Source: an uncultured Planctomycetota bacterium
GTDB taxonomy: Bacteria > Planctomycetota > Planctomycetia > Isosphaerales > Isosphaeraceae
Direction: 5' to 3'
NCBI GenBank assembly: GCA_963823665.1
Contig: CAWGMQ010000005.1
Span: forward strand, 1,024,001 to 1,088,000
Length of the DNA stretch: 64,000 bases
Below are positions 20,501 through 30,232 of the stretch, in pieces. Each line of letters opens with the position of its first letter. Positions within the stretch are counted from its first letter, which is position 1. Below the pieces are notes generated by a model. It did not search any database. It saw only the letters and a program-made list of their open reading frames with translations, and had not been told where the DNA came from. The position numbers and the translations under genes were made by a program.

Positions 20501-23500
20501 AGTTTGGTGACATCGCCGAGCGGGTCGGTGGTCGACAGCAGGTTGCCCTTGGCGTCGTAGGCGTTGGTCGTGGTGTTGCCCAGCGGATCGCTGGTGGTGA
20601 GGACATCGCCGTAGGCGCCATAGGTGCTTCGAGTGACGTTGCCCATCGGATCGGTGGTGGTCAAGGCGTTGCCCGAGGCGTCGTAGGTGTAGGTCGTCGT
20701 GCGGCCGAGCGGGTCGGTCTGGGAGAGCAGGTTGTTGTTGGCGTCATAGGTGCTCGTGGTCACGCCGCCGAGGGCATCGATCTCGGTGAGGATGTTGCCC
20801 TGCGCGTCATACTCGTACGTCGTCGGATTGCCCAGGGCGTCCGTGACCGTCTCGCTCGAGTCAGTCGGATCGTAAGCCATGTCGACGGTCTTGCCGGCGG
20901 CGTCGACGAGGCCGATCAGACGGCCTTGATCGTCGTAGAGAGTCTTGACTCCGGTGCGGCCCAGCGGGTCGATCACATCCTGAAGATAATGGGCGAAGTC
21001 CGTGCTGTAGTCGAACGTCGTCACGTTTCCAGCGAGATCCGTCACCGCAACGAGGTCGCCGGCGGCGTCGTAGGTGTAGTGGATCGTGTTGCCCGAGGGA
21101 TCGATGACGGATGTGATCCGGCCCTCGGGATCGCGCTCGAATGTGACCTTCTCGCCGGAGGTGCTGGTGATGCCGCTGGGAGAAAACGTCAGCGCGTCGC
21201 CGTTGCGATCGGCGACGGTATCCAGCATGCCCGTCTGCCCGTTAATCGTGTAGACGATGCCGTCTTTGGTGGTCAACGTGTAGGTCCCGCCGAAGGAGGG
21301 GCTGGCCGGGTTGTAGGGCAGGTCGCCGTTAAAGTCGGAATACGTGCCGTCGTCGTTCTGGCGCAGGTCGAACTGGGTGACGCTGAGGGTGTCGGTCACG
21401 CCTGGATCGGCGGTGAAGCTCGGATTCATGATGCCGAGGAAGCCCGACGCGAAGCCCGGCGAGAGTTGAGGAGTGAACGTGAACCCCTCGCGCTGGCCGC
21501 CCGGCAACGTCACGTAAACGCGCGTGCCGTTCTGGAACGCGCTAAAGATGCCCTCGGATTCCTGGCCGGTTGTGGGCACGCTCGTCTGGAGGTTGGTGTC
21601 GCCGAACTCGAGCTGCCAGCCGTAGCCGAAGTCCTCGCTCGTGCCGGCGTTCAGCGTGTCGTAGGTCCTTGTAACGGTGATCGGGATGCCCGAGACGGGG
21701 ACGGTCAGGTCGGTGAACGACAGGGTGAAGTTACCTAGCTTGAGATTGCCGGCAACGCTGATCTCTTGATCAACGGTCGACGTGTGGTTGCCCGTGTTCG
21801 TCGCGGTCAGGCGCAGGTCGTAAGTGTCGTTGGCCAGCAGGGTCGGGTCGAAGGTGCCGAGCAGGGCGTTGTTGACGGGCGTGGTGCCGCCGGCAATGTG
21901 CTTGACCTGGACGCCGTCGAGGGTGTAGACGTCGAGCGACCACGAGGCCAGGTGCTGGTCGGCGACTGTTCCGGTCACGTCGGTGAACGTCGTGACCGTC
22001 GCACCGTCGGTGGGCGAGGCGATCGCGACGTTGGGCGCACCGGTGACGCTAGGGTCGAACACCACGAGCGAGGCCGTCGCCTTGGCGGTGTTGCCGGCGA
22101 GGTCGGACGCGGTCGCCAGCACGTTGAGGCTTCCGGCCTGGGTGACCTTCAGTGTCGCCGTTCCGTTCGCATCCAGTACTCGGATCGTCCCGCCCACGGT
22201 CAGGACCTCGGACGTGACGCCGACATTGTCGGACGCCAGAACCTGGAAGGTGACCATGTCGCCCAGCTTGGCAGGGTTTTCGCTCATCTCAAGCTGGACG
22301 CGCGGCGCCTGGGTGTCGGCCGAGACCATGATGGCGTAGGTTTGGGTGACCGAGAGGCCAAGGCCGTCGTCCACCTCGACCTGGACGTGCGCCGAGCCGA
22401 CGTTGGACGGGGCCGTGGCCCAGGTGATTCGCCCCAGCGAGTCGACGGCCATGCCGCTCGGCCCGGCCACGATCTGGTAACTGAGCGGGGTGTTGTCCGG
22501 GTCGCTCGCCTGCACGTCGTAGTGATAGGTCAGCCCCGCGGTCACGGCGGTGACCGGGCTCGAGGTGATCAACGGCGGCGCGGGAACCGGCTCAACATCA
22601 ATGACGAACCGCTGCGAGGCGGTCGCGCCCGAGGGATCAGCGGCCGCGACCGTAACCGTCTGATCGCCAAGTTGCGCGGTGGTCGGTGTCCACGAGACCA
22701 GGCCGCTGGCGGCGACAATTGCCATTCCAGCGGGTGGAGCGAGCAGGGAATACGTCAGGGTCGCACCGGAGGGATCGGTGGCCGTGACGGCATAGCTGTA
22801 GCCCGTGCCCACGATCGCGCGGTCGGACGGGGTCGACGTGATCACCGGCGGCAGGCTGGACGTGGACGTGGAGGCGACGACGGTGAAGCTCTGGGACGTC
22901 GAACCACCCAGGCTGTCGGCCACCAGGACCGAGACGTTCTGCGGGCCGGCCTGGCCCGAAGTCGGGGTCCAGAGGATCAGGCCCGTTACCGGGTCGATGG
23001 TCATGCCGGAGGGCTTCGTGGGCAGGGTGAATGTGAGCGGATTGTTCAGGGTGTCGACGGTTTGCACCGCGTAGGCGTAGGACGAACCGACTGTCGCATC
23101 GGTGGGCGGCGTCGAGATGATCTGTGGTGGAATGTCCGCGGCGAAGATGGCGACGGAGAAGCTCTGGCTGTCGCTCCCTCCTTCCGCGTCGACCACGCGG
23201 ACGGTGACCGCCTGGGGACCGACCTGGGAGGCGACGGGAGTCCAGCGGATCGTCCCTAGCGCCTGGTCGATCGACATTCCGGCAGGTGCGGTATCCAGGA
23301 ACCAATAGAGCGGATCGCTCTGGGGATCAACGGCGGTCGCGTTGTAGCTAAACGGGCGGCCCACGACGTCGAAGAGCGGGGGCGAAGAGGTGATCGACGG
23401 CGGCTGGCTGGTGACGCTGGCCGAGACGGTGATCGCCACGTCCTGGGTTGCGACGCCGCCCCGGCCATCGTTCACCGAAATCGCGACGGCGTTTTGCCCG

Positions 23501-26500
23501 AGCTGGGCCTGCGTGGGGTTCCAGGTAACCAGGCCGCTGGCGCTTATGGTCATGCCCGCGGGCGCGGTGGTGAGCGAATAGGTGATGGGGTCGCCGTCGG
23601 GATCGGTGGCCTGGACGGCGTAGAGATAGGTGCGCCCCAGGCCGATCGTATCGCGGGGCGTGGAGCTGATGACGGGTGGTCGATTGGCGGAGGCGGCCAC
23701 GACGGGCAGGTTGAACGACTGGTCAGCGCCGCCGCCCTGACCGTCGGTGACCACGACATCAACCGGCGCGGTCCCGACCTGCGCCACCGTTGGGGTCCAG
23801 GTCACGAGGCCACTCGACGGGTCGATCGTCATGCCGACCGGGTTCGTGGCGAGTGAGTAGGTGAGCGGGTCGTCGTCGGCATCCTGGGCGAGCACCTGGT
23901 ACTGGTATGGGTACCCCGCCGTGGCGGGACCGAGCGGCGTGGAGGTGATCACGGGAGGGCGGTCTGCCGCGGCGACCGTCAGCGTGAAGGACTGGAGCGC
24001 CACGCCCCCGTTGCTGTCCCGGACGCGGAGAATGGCATCGGCCTGGCCTGTCTGCGAGTCGTCCGGGGTCCAGACGACCTCGCCGGTTGTGGGGTCGACG
24101 GCCATCCCCGCCGGCGCGACGGGCAGGTCGAAGGTAAGTGGGCTGCCCGTGGGGTCGACGGCTGTGGCGTTATACTCATATGTCGATTCGGCGACGGCCT
24201 GTGTGGAGGGCGTGCTCGTGAACCAGGGAGATGGGGGGCCCTGCGGCGTCGAAGTTGGCGTGACCGAGAAGTCGTTGTCCGTGGAGGACTGGCCGGCAGC
24301 GAGGGTGTCGGTAAAATACGGGGTTGTCGTCGTGCCTGGCAAGAGCGCCAGGTCGGCGTTGCCGCCAAATCCGCTCGGGAAGGCGATCGACCCGATCCAG
24401 GTGGCCGCGGCCGTTGTCTTGTTGACACGGTACAGGTCGGAGACACCGGAGCCGTCGATTCCCGAGGCAGCGTACAGGACGCCCTGTGAGTCGATCGCGA
24501 GATTTGCTCCGCTCGGGAACGTCGGGTACGACCCGCCATTGCCGGCGAGATGACCGATCACGGTCGTCGTAAGGTCAGTCAGATCGATCTTGAGTAGTGT
24601 TCCATCAAGGGAAGCGCCGTAGAGTGTGCCGTCGGTGTCGAACGCCAGGTCGGCCCCCAAGTGGCCGGTGTTGAGAACTAAGGTGGCTGCAGCGGTCTCG
24701 GGGTTCACACGCCACAAGTCCCCATTGACAAAGCCCCAGGAGTAAAGAAAGCCGTCCGGGCCAAAAGTCAGCGAGTTTTGGTCCGACGCACCGAAGAATC
24801 CGATGAACTGGGTCGAGCCCGTCGCCAGATCAATCGAGTAGAGCGATGTGGTGGAACCGATGGTGGTTCCGTAGCCCAGGCCGTTTTTGGGGTCGATGGC
24901 GATGCTCTCGATGGATCCGACGGTCCCGACTTCCTCCGCAACCGGGGATGTCTGAAAGTTGTTTATAGCGTAGAGCACGGTCGAGCCCGTCTGCTGGACG
25001 AGGGACACCCCGTAAAGAGCGTCCGGTGTCACCGCTGCCACCGGAGAAGCCTGCTGCCATCCCTGGGGCGGAACTTCGGCCACGGTATAGTTGCCCGGCG
25101 CCAGTCCGGTGAAGGCATAGTCTCCCTGGGGGTTGGTCGTTGCGGTCGGGTCGCCCGGGTCGAGCTTACCGTCGTGATTCTGGTCGAGGAACACGGTCCA
25201 GCCGGCCAGCGGCTCGTTGTCGGTCGAGCGCGTGACCGTGCCGGTGATCGAGCCGGGAAGCGGCTGGTCGGTGAAATTGTTTCCGGTGGAGGTCTGGCCG
25301 GCGGCGAGGGTGACGGTGTAGAAGGAGGTTGTTGTGCTTCCCGGCAAGAGCGCCAGGTCGCCAGTGCCGCCGAATCCGTTCGGGAAGGCGATCGAGCCGA
25401 TCCAGGTCGCCGCGGCGGTCGTCTTGTCAACCCGGTACAGATCCGCGAGTGGGGAGCCCTCAATGCTCGCGACGGCGTACATCACGCCCTGGGAGTCGAT
25501 GATGAGGCCCGGAGCGTAATACCCTTGGGCGAGCAGCCCTTGGTCACTGGTAAGCGTGCCAACCACCGTGCTCGTGAGGTTAGTCAGATCGAACCTCAGT
25601 AGCGACCCGTCGTACGAGATCCCATAGAGTGTCCCATCCGTGTCGAAGGCAAGGTCGGCCCCCCAGTGACCGGTGTCGAGAACGAAGGTGGCCGCACCGG
25701 TCACGGGGTTCACACGATACAAGTTGTCAAAAATGCCGTAGCCCCAGGAGTAAAGATAGCCGTCGGGGCCAAACGCGAGTGAGTTCTGGTCGGCGATGCC
25801 CGGCGTACCGATGAGCGTCGTCGCACCTGTCGCCGGGTCAATCGAGTAGACCGAGGTGGTTGGGGAATCGATGGTGGTCCCATAAAGCCCGCCGGTCGCG
25901 GGGTCGCCGGCGAGACTCCAGATCGATCCGACCGGGCCGATTTCCTCGGCGACGGGCGCCGTCTGGAAGTTGTCGATGGTGTAGAGCACGTGCGACGAGC
26001 CTTGTTGAAACTGCGACACCCCGTAGAGTGTATCCGGAGTCCGCCCCGCCACCGGAGAAGCCTGCTGCCAACCCTGGGGCGGGACCTCGGCCACGGGGTA
26101 GGTGCCCGGGGCCAGGCCCGTGAACGTGTAATCTCCCTGGGCGTTGGTGACGGTCGAGACTTCGCCAGGGTCGAGAATTCCGTTCTGGTTCGTGTCGAGG
26201 AAGACGGTCACGCCGGCCAGGCCGGTCGATGTGCCCGCCAGCGTGATCACTCCCTGGATCTCGCCGGGGGTGCCTTGCGCGGCGTTGATCGTGTAGCTCT
26301 GGGTGTCGAAACCGCCGCGGCCGTCGTCAACGCGGACGGTGATCGGGATCGCCAGGTGGCCAATCTCCAGGGTGGGAGGGTTCAAACCCTCCTTGCTCGA
26401 AAACCGGACCTGCTGATCGGTTGACTGGTACTGCGGCACGCTCTCATATGCCAGCGCAAGCGTGAGGTAACCGCTCGCGATGTCGGGCTGCAGGTCGTAG

Positions 26501-29500
26501 CCGCTGAAGTCGAAGACGACGTCCTGGCCTGCTTGCGTTGGGGTCGCCTGGGCCAGCAGGTCCTGGCTCTTGTTCAGATCCGCGAGGAACGCGTCGCCGA
26601 AATTGGCACCGGTGATTCCGGTCATGGGGTCGGGGCTCGGGTTGATCGTTCCGAACGGGCTGAAGACGCCGGTTCCCTGCGCCCAGTTGTTGTCGGCCAC
26701 GTGATAGAGGCCGATCGTGCTGGAGCCGCTCACGATCGTGGTGTGAATAACAAGCTGAAGTGACGTGACCGGCCAGGTCACACCGGAGAGATTGAAGCGG
26801 AGGAACGAAAAGTCGATCGCCGAATTGAGCGGGTCGTTTCCACCCGGCTCGTCGCCGGCGAACACCTCGAGAAAAGGCGAATCGCCGCCGTTTTCTTCGA
26901 GGCGACTGGCCGGCTCGGTCAGAACGATCGAATCGTCGGTTGGCTCCAGGTTCACTACGCTCTGTTCGCTCGCGGTCACCGTCCCCTGTACCAGGCCCGA
27001 GGATGGGTCGATGCTGAAGTTCGAGGGAGCGGTCACAAGAGAATAGGTCAGTGGGTCGTTGTCGGGGTCGAGTGCCTTGACTGCGTAATCGTACGGAGTC
27101 GATTGCGGCTGGAGGAGGAGCTGAGTCACCGGCGTGCTGATGATCGTCGGGGGATGATCTCCCAGCGCCGCTGTTGCGATTACCGCAAAAGATTGGGTTG
27201 CCGTACCTCCCTTCCCGTCCGTCACCGAGAGTTCGACGCCGGAAGAGCCGGTCTGGCTCGAGGATGGCGTCCAGGTCACCAGGCCTGTCGTGGGATCGAC
27301 GGCCATTCCCGAAGGGCCTGAAATCACCGCGAAGGTGAGCGGGTCGTCGTCGGGATCGGAAGCCGTGGCCTGATAGATGTACGGTGCGCTCACACTTGCC
27401 GAAACAATCGGCGTGGACGTGAAGACCGGGGGCCGGTCCGGCGGCGGGTTGATCACCGAGAGGGTGAAATCTTGCTCCGCTGAGCCTCCGTGCCCATCGT
27501 CGACGAGGAGGGCGATGGCGGCGTTGCCCACGTCGGCGCTAGCGGGCGACCATGTGACCGTTCCGCTGGCCGCGCCCACAGTCATGCCGGAGGGGCCGGA
27601 AAGCAGCGAGAACGTCAGGGGATCGTTGTCCGGGTCGGCGGCCGTTGCGTCGTAGACGTAAGCGCTGCCGGCGACCGCCTGCACCTTCGGGGTCGATGTG
27701 AACTGGGGCGGGCGGTTGAGCTCCGCGAGGAAGACCAGGTCGTAGGTGAACGGGATGCCGTTCGGGTCGTCGAACGCGACGGTCCGGGAATCGGTCGTTT
27801 CCCCCGCTCCGAGTTTTCCGCCCGGCACCAGGGCACTCAGGTCGAAGTAGGGCAAGCCGTCCGGCGTGGTTCCGTCGGCGCCAGCGACGCGCACCGAGGG
27901 ATCGCTGATATGGTCGATCGCCACGATCAGGGGGGCGTCCATAAAGTACTGGCCGGCATTCCGGGCCGCAACATCGGCATACAGCACGCTGTCTTGCTGG
28001 TCGAACGATGACCGTCCGTAGACGGGCTGGACACTGGCCGAGACGTCGCTCAGGGCGGCGAAGTCGATGGGCGCGCCAGGCTGCGCCGGGGACGCGGCGG
28101 GTTGGCCGCCCGGGTCGACCGGCTGACCCAAGAGTGGCGCCACTTGCACATCGCCGACATCAACCGATGTATTCACGTCGCCGTCGTTGTTCACCAGCCG
28201 GAAGACGAGCGAGGCGACCGTTCCTGGTGTGACGTTCGAGACATCGAGCGTAACCTTCTGCCCGTTCTGCGTGGCCCAGGCGCCAAGCTCCGCAGGCTGG
28301 CCTTCCGAGACGTTCAGGAAGGCGTCGCGGCTGGCGGCGAAGGTCGGTACGAGGGAGTTTCCCGAGGCGTCTACCAGGGCCACCTCGAAGGCGTCCTTTA
28401 CCCGACCCTGGCTGGTCGTGTCGAAATCCAGGTCACTGTAGTCGAAGCTCAGGGTCGACGCCTGCGGCGGGATGGTGATCGGCTGCGACAGGGTGACGTC
28501 GAACGAGTCTCCCTCGCGCAGCGTGGCGTCACAACCGCTGATCGTCACGCTCCCCATGCCGGTATTTGATCCGCCGCTTTGAGCGACAACGGCGTTGCCG
28601 AACCCCATGCAGGTGTCGAGGGTGAACGCGAAATCAGAGGGCGCCGAGACGTTGCCCGCGCGATCGGTGGCAAGGAAGTGGACGGTGTGCGGGCCGTCGT
28701 CCGTGCCGTCCAGCGCCAGGCTGCTCGTCAGGCTGAAGTTGCCGGCAGCGTCGAGTGACAGAGGAGCGAAAGCGCCGCCGTCGAGCGCCCATTCCGCACT
28801 AGCCACGCCCGAGAGCGCATCGGCCACGTGGCCCGTGATCGTGATGTTCTGGGTCGTGGTCAGTCCGGGCGGCGGGCTGGTCACGGTCACCGCCGGCGGG
28901 GTGGAATCCAGGGTGAAGGCGAAGTTGGTGACGGGCGAGACATTGCCCACGAAGTCGGTCGAGACCAGGTGGACGGTGTGGCTGCCGTCGGCGGAATGGT
29001 CGAGGGGCAGACTGGTCGTAAGGCTGAAATTGCCGGCGGTGTCGAACGATACCGGGGTGTAGGCACCGCCGTCGACCGCCTCCTGGAGCGATGCCACCCC
29101 GGTGAGATTGTCCAAAACGCGGCCGACGAGGGTGGGGTTGCTGTTCGTGATTAGCCCCTGGGCAGGGGACGTGATCGTCACGGACGGTGCCTGCGTGTCC
29201 AGAACGATTCCGATCGCGGCCGTCTGCTGCTGGCCGAACGAGTCGGTGGCCCTCACCTGGAGGTTGTTGGCGCCGGGCGTGAGCGCGACGCTGAACGAAA
29301 ACAACCCCGAGGAATTCGCGGTGGTCGAGCCCTCGTCGAACTGTCCATCGCTGCCGGTTCCGAGCGCCACGGCGGCGCCGGGGTTGGTCGTGCCGTTCAA
29401 GGTGATTGCGGCGGTCGCGGTGGCCAGGCTACCGGAGGGCAACGTCACCAGGCCCGGCGGCGTCTGCAAGGAGAGCGCCAGAGGAGTGACGCTCGTCGCA

Positions 29501-30102
29501 TCGTTCAGGTTGTAACGCCACTGGGTGTAGTCGAACGAGGAAATCATGCCATCGAGGTTGCTATCTGCCGCCACTATGTAGCGGCCGTCCCCGGCGACCG
29601 ACCCGATCAGCGAGCGGATCAAGGATCCATCCGCCAGGTTGATCTGGTGGTTGCCATCGGCGTCGCCCGCGAGGAATACATTGAGCTGGAAGGCCCCCGA
29701 AGTGCCCCGGTCTCCGCCCACGGCAAGGTTGTAGCTGCCGTAAGTCAGCGAGGCCAGGATCAAGCTCTGCGTGGTGCCGCCCAGGTTGGCGTTCACGTAG
29801 GTCGGCGTGACAGTCGCGCCCGAGGAGGTAGTGATCGTGACGGCGGCTGGATCGAGGGAACTCCCGGTCGGTGCCTGAACCTCGAAGCCGATCACGGCCT
29901 GGCTGCCAGGGAGGGTGAAGTTGGATTTAGAGATGGTTATGGGTATGCGCTGCACGCTGCCTGCGGCCGGGACCGCGCCTTCGAACTGCGCGAAGATGTT
30001 GGACGCATCCAGCAGCGTGCGGTCCTCGAGACGCTCGAAGGAAATGCGGGCCCTGCGGGCGGGATGGCGCAGGGGTCTGGCAGGGCGCTTGGGGTCTCGC
30101 AT
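17503..30102 (-). CDS. 4199-aa secreted Ig-repeat/RHS (YD-repeat) protein with an N-terminal dockerin and an unassigned C-terminal domain
   Basis: SFERLEDRTLL export motif; dockerin GDADGNHQINLAD..ADSNLDGMISSFD; many PxxTSTP..Y.Y...A.DPD Ig repeats; DNRLRE-like domain; two SdrD-B plus propeller modules; YD repeats; RHS core RARYLDPATGRFLSVDP..DPVNLVDPSG. Confidence 0.93.
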   Translation of the reverse strand: MRDPKRPARPLRHPARRARISFERLEDRTLLDASNIFAQFEGAVPAAGSVQRIPITISKSNFTLPGSQAVIGFEVQAPTGSSLDPAAVTITTSSGATVTPTYVNANLGGTTQSLILASLTYGSYNLAVGGDRGTSGAFQLNVFLAGDADGNHQINLADGSLIRSLIGSVAGDGRYIVAADSNLDGMISSFDYTQWRYNLNDATSVTPLALSLQTPPGLVTLPSGSLATATAAITLNGTTNPGAAVALGTGSDGQFDEGSTTANSSGLFSFSVALTPGANNLQVRATDSFGQQQTAAIGIVLDTQAPSVTITSPAQGLITNSNPTLVGRVLDNLTGVASLQEAVDGGAYTPVSFDTAGNFSLTTSLPLDHSADGSHTVHLVSTDFVGNVSPVTNFAFTLDSTPPAVTVTSPPPGLTTTQNITITGHVADALSGVASAEWALDGGAFAPLSLDAAGNFSLTSSLALDGTDDGPHTVHFLATDRAGNVSAPSDFAFTLDTCMGFGNAVVAQSGGSNTGMGSVTISGCDATLREGDSFDVTLSQPITIPPQASTLSFDYSDLDFDTTSQGRVKDAFEVALVDASGNSLVPTFAASRDAFLNVSEGQPAELGAWATQNGQKVTLDVSNVTPGTVASLVFRLVNNDGDVNTSVDVGDVQVAPLLGQPVDPGGQPAASPAQPGAPIDFAALSDVSASVQPVYGRSSFDQQDSVLYADVAARNAGQYFMDAPLIVAIDHISDPSVRVAGADGTTPDGLPYFDLSALVPGGKLGAGETTDSRTVAFDDPNGIPFTYDLVFLAELNRPPQFTSTPKVQAVAGSAYVYDATAADPDNDPLTFSLLSGPSGMTVGAASGTVTWSPASADVGNAAIALLVDDGHGGSAEQDFTLSVINPPPDRPPVFTSTPIVSASVSAPYIYQATASDPDDDPLTFAVISGPSGMAVDPTTGLVTWTPSSSQTGSSGVELSVTDGKGGTATQSFAVIATAALGDHPPTIISTPVTQLLLQPQSTPYDYAVKALDPDNDPLTYSLVTAPSNFSIDPSSGLVQGTVTASEQSVVNLEPTDDSIVLTEPASRLEENGGDSPFLEVFAGDEPGGNDPLNSAIDFSFLRFNLSGVTWPVTSLQLVIHTTIVSGSSTIGLYHVADNNWAQGTGVFSPFGTINPSPDPMTGITGANFGDAFLADLNKSQDLLAQATPTQAGQDVVFDFSGYDLQPDIASGYLTLALAYESVPQYQSTDQQVRFSSKEGLNPPTLEIGHLAIPITVRVDDGRGGFDTQSYTINAAQGTPGEIQGVITLAGTSTGLAGVTVFLDTNQNGILDPGEVSTVTNAQGDYTFTGLAPGTYPVAEVPPQGWQQASPVAGRTPDTLYGVSQFQQGSSHVLYTIDNFQTAPVAEEIGPVGSIWSLAGDPATGGLYGTTIDSPTTSVYSIDPATGATTLIGTPGIADQNSLAFGPDGYLYSWGYGIFDNLYRVNPVTGAATFVLDTGHWGADLAFDTDGTLYGISYDGSLLRFDLTNLTSTVVGTLTSDQGLLAQGYYAPGLIIDSQGVMYAVASIEGSPLADLYRVDKTTAAATWIGSIAFPNGFGGTGDLALLPGSTTTSFYTVTLAAGQTSTGNNFTDQPLPGSITGTVTRSTDNEPLAGWTVFLDQNHDGKLDPGDPTATTNPQGDYAFTGLAPGNYTVAEVPPQGWQQASPVAAVTPDALYGVSLVQQTGSTVLYAINNFQTSPVAEEVGTVGSIESIAIDPKNGLGYGTTIGSTTSLYSIDLATGSTQFIGFFGASDQNSLTFGPDGFLYSWGFVNGDLWRVNPETAAATLVLNTGHLGADLAFDTDGTLYGASLDGTLLKIDLTDLTTTVIGHLAGNGGSYPTFPSGANLAIDSQGVLYAASGIDGSGVSDLYRVNKTTAAATWIGSIAFPSGFGGNADLALLPGTTTTPYFTDTLAAGQSSTDNDFSVTPTSTPQGPPSPWFTSTPSTQAVAESTYEYNATAVDPTGSPLTFDLPVAPAGMAVDPTTGEVVWTPDDSQTGQADAILRVRDSNGGVALQSFTLTVAAADRPPVITSTPLGPATAGYPYQYQVLAQDADDDPLTYSLATNPVGMTIDPSSGLVTWTPTVAQVGTAPVDVVVTDGQGGGADQSFNLPVVAASANRPPVISSTPRDTIGLGRTYLYAVQATDPDGDPITYSLTTAPAGMTISASGLVTWNPTQAQLGQNAVAISVNDGRGGVATQDVAITVSASVTSQPPSITSSPPLFDVVGRPFSYNATAVDPQSDPLYWFLDTAPAGMSIDQALGTIRWTPVASQVGPQAVTVRVVDAEGGSDSQSFSVAIFAADIPPQIISTPPTDATVGSSYAYAVQTVDTLNNPLTFTLPTKPSGMTIDPVTGLILWTPTSGQAGPQNVSVLVADSLGGSTSQSFTVVASTSTSSLPPVITSTPSDRAIVGTGYSYAVTATDPSGATLTYSLLAPPAGMAIVAASGLVSWTPTTAQLGDQTVTVAAADPSGATASQRFVIDVEPVPAPPLITSSPVTAVTAGLTYHYDVQASDPDNTPLSYQIVAGPSGMAVDSLGRITWATAPSNVGSAHVQVEVDDGLGLSVTQTYAIMVSADTQAPRVQLEMSENPAKLGDMVTFQVLASDNVGVTSEVLTVGGTIRVLDANGTATLKVTQAGSLNVLATASDLAGNTAKATASLVVFDPSVTGAPNVAIASPTDGATVTTFTDVTGTVADQHLASWSLDVYTLDGVQVKHIAGGTTPVNNALLGTFDPTLLANDTYDLRLTATNTGNHTSTVDQEISVAGNLKLGNFTLSFTDLTVPVSGIPITVTRTYDTLNAGTSEDFGYGWQLEFGDTNLQTSVPTTGQESEGIFSAFQNGTRVYVTLPGGQREGFTFTPQLSPGFASGFLGIMNPSFTADPGVTDTLSVTQFDLRQNDDGTYSDFNGDLPYNPASPSFGGTYTLTTKDGIVYTINGQTGMLDTVADRNGDALTFSPSGITSTSGEKVTFERDPEGRITSVIDPSGNTIHYTYDAAGDLVAVTDLAGNVTTFDYSTDFAHYLQDVIDPLGRTGVKTLYDDQGRLIGLVDAAGKTVDMAYDPTDSSETVTDALGNPTTYEYDAQGNILTEIDALGGVTTSTYDANNNLLSQTDPLGRTTTYTYDASGNALTTTDPMGNVTRSTYGAYGDVLTTSDPLGNTTTNAYDAKGNLLSTTDPLGDVTKLTYDISGNPITLTDAIGDTTAFQYDSQGQVISTTDALGHTTTTTYDSSGNPITSTSLLTTPSGVQTLVTKTVYDANGNVISVTDADGHTTSSQFNADGLKISDTDALGNVTKYLYDARGELIETDYPDGTSTKTEYDAAGNVIAQIDQEGRVTTMQYDALGRLVKTINPDGTSTSTVYDADGEVTAQIDELGNKTTFAYDADGRQVSVTDALGDVTSTAYDAAGNAVATTDPLGHTTKSVYDAAGQLIETIYADGTTTSTTYDAVGRGIAETDQLGRTTHDQYDALGHLTAVVDALGQTTSYAYDEAGDLISQTDANGHTTTYEYDGLGQKIATILPMGQKSTTTYDANGNVASTTDFNGATITYQYDVIGRLTAENLPDGTTETFTYTATGQRASDTVPGWGTTTYTYDALDRLLSKTDPDGTSITYTYDAAGDRTSITIPAGTTTYTFDALGRMATVTDPQGGVTTYTYDAAGNLVKTQFPNNTSEIRQYDSLNRLVYLEDDGPSGVIASYKYTLAANGRTDSVVEANGRTDQYNYDALDRLIEEIITDPVNGNQDISYTYDPVGNRLTMVDSTQGTTDYTYDANDRLLTSTTGSQTTKYTYDNNGNTLSQITSATDQVLYEWDSQNQLIDAKVTNSTGTQEEVNRYDADGNLVQSTVDGQTTNKLVDTNLPYAQVVEEYTPGGQISSSAVFGIGTGPISQVVGGARTILLVDGLGSTRALTDSSGKVIGGYVYDAFGNTLAHSGNAVTRYLFEGEYQDQTTGLDDLRARYLDPATGRFLSVDPLHGASLVRIFSNSYAYADGDPVNLVDPSGRQASLAELAVELTIQSTISVAQTAGPELLTLAIAQTLIQYVVIPGFKWRYTGLDLIARGDDEGFQFYNKGNRLIQLGLNLISTSSDLVTIADVGLNLARLTQDLLLSATEVAGHRTISMTFSNSVAVVEIDTLKAQVAVVFRDAQKLKGTFTAVTIPLMKFGVDIGHLADILKDFIALYISNNS

Positions 30103-30232
30103 GGTGATGGCTCCTTCCTTGGAGATGCGGTCAGGGTGCGGTCATCTTCGAGACGCGAGCTGATCCGGCGCCGCTTTTCAAGGGTCGTGGTCGAGACGCG
30201 AGCGCAGCGGCGACCTGATCCGGCGCCGCCGG

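Noticed and set aside
19546..23259. 730-aa and 497-aa plus-strand ORFs
   Set aside because: Antisense to the RHS gene; low-complexity G/R/V composition.
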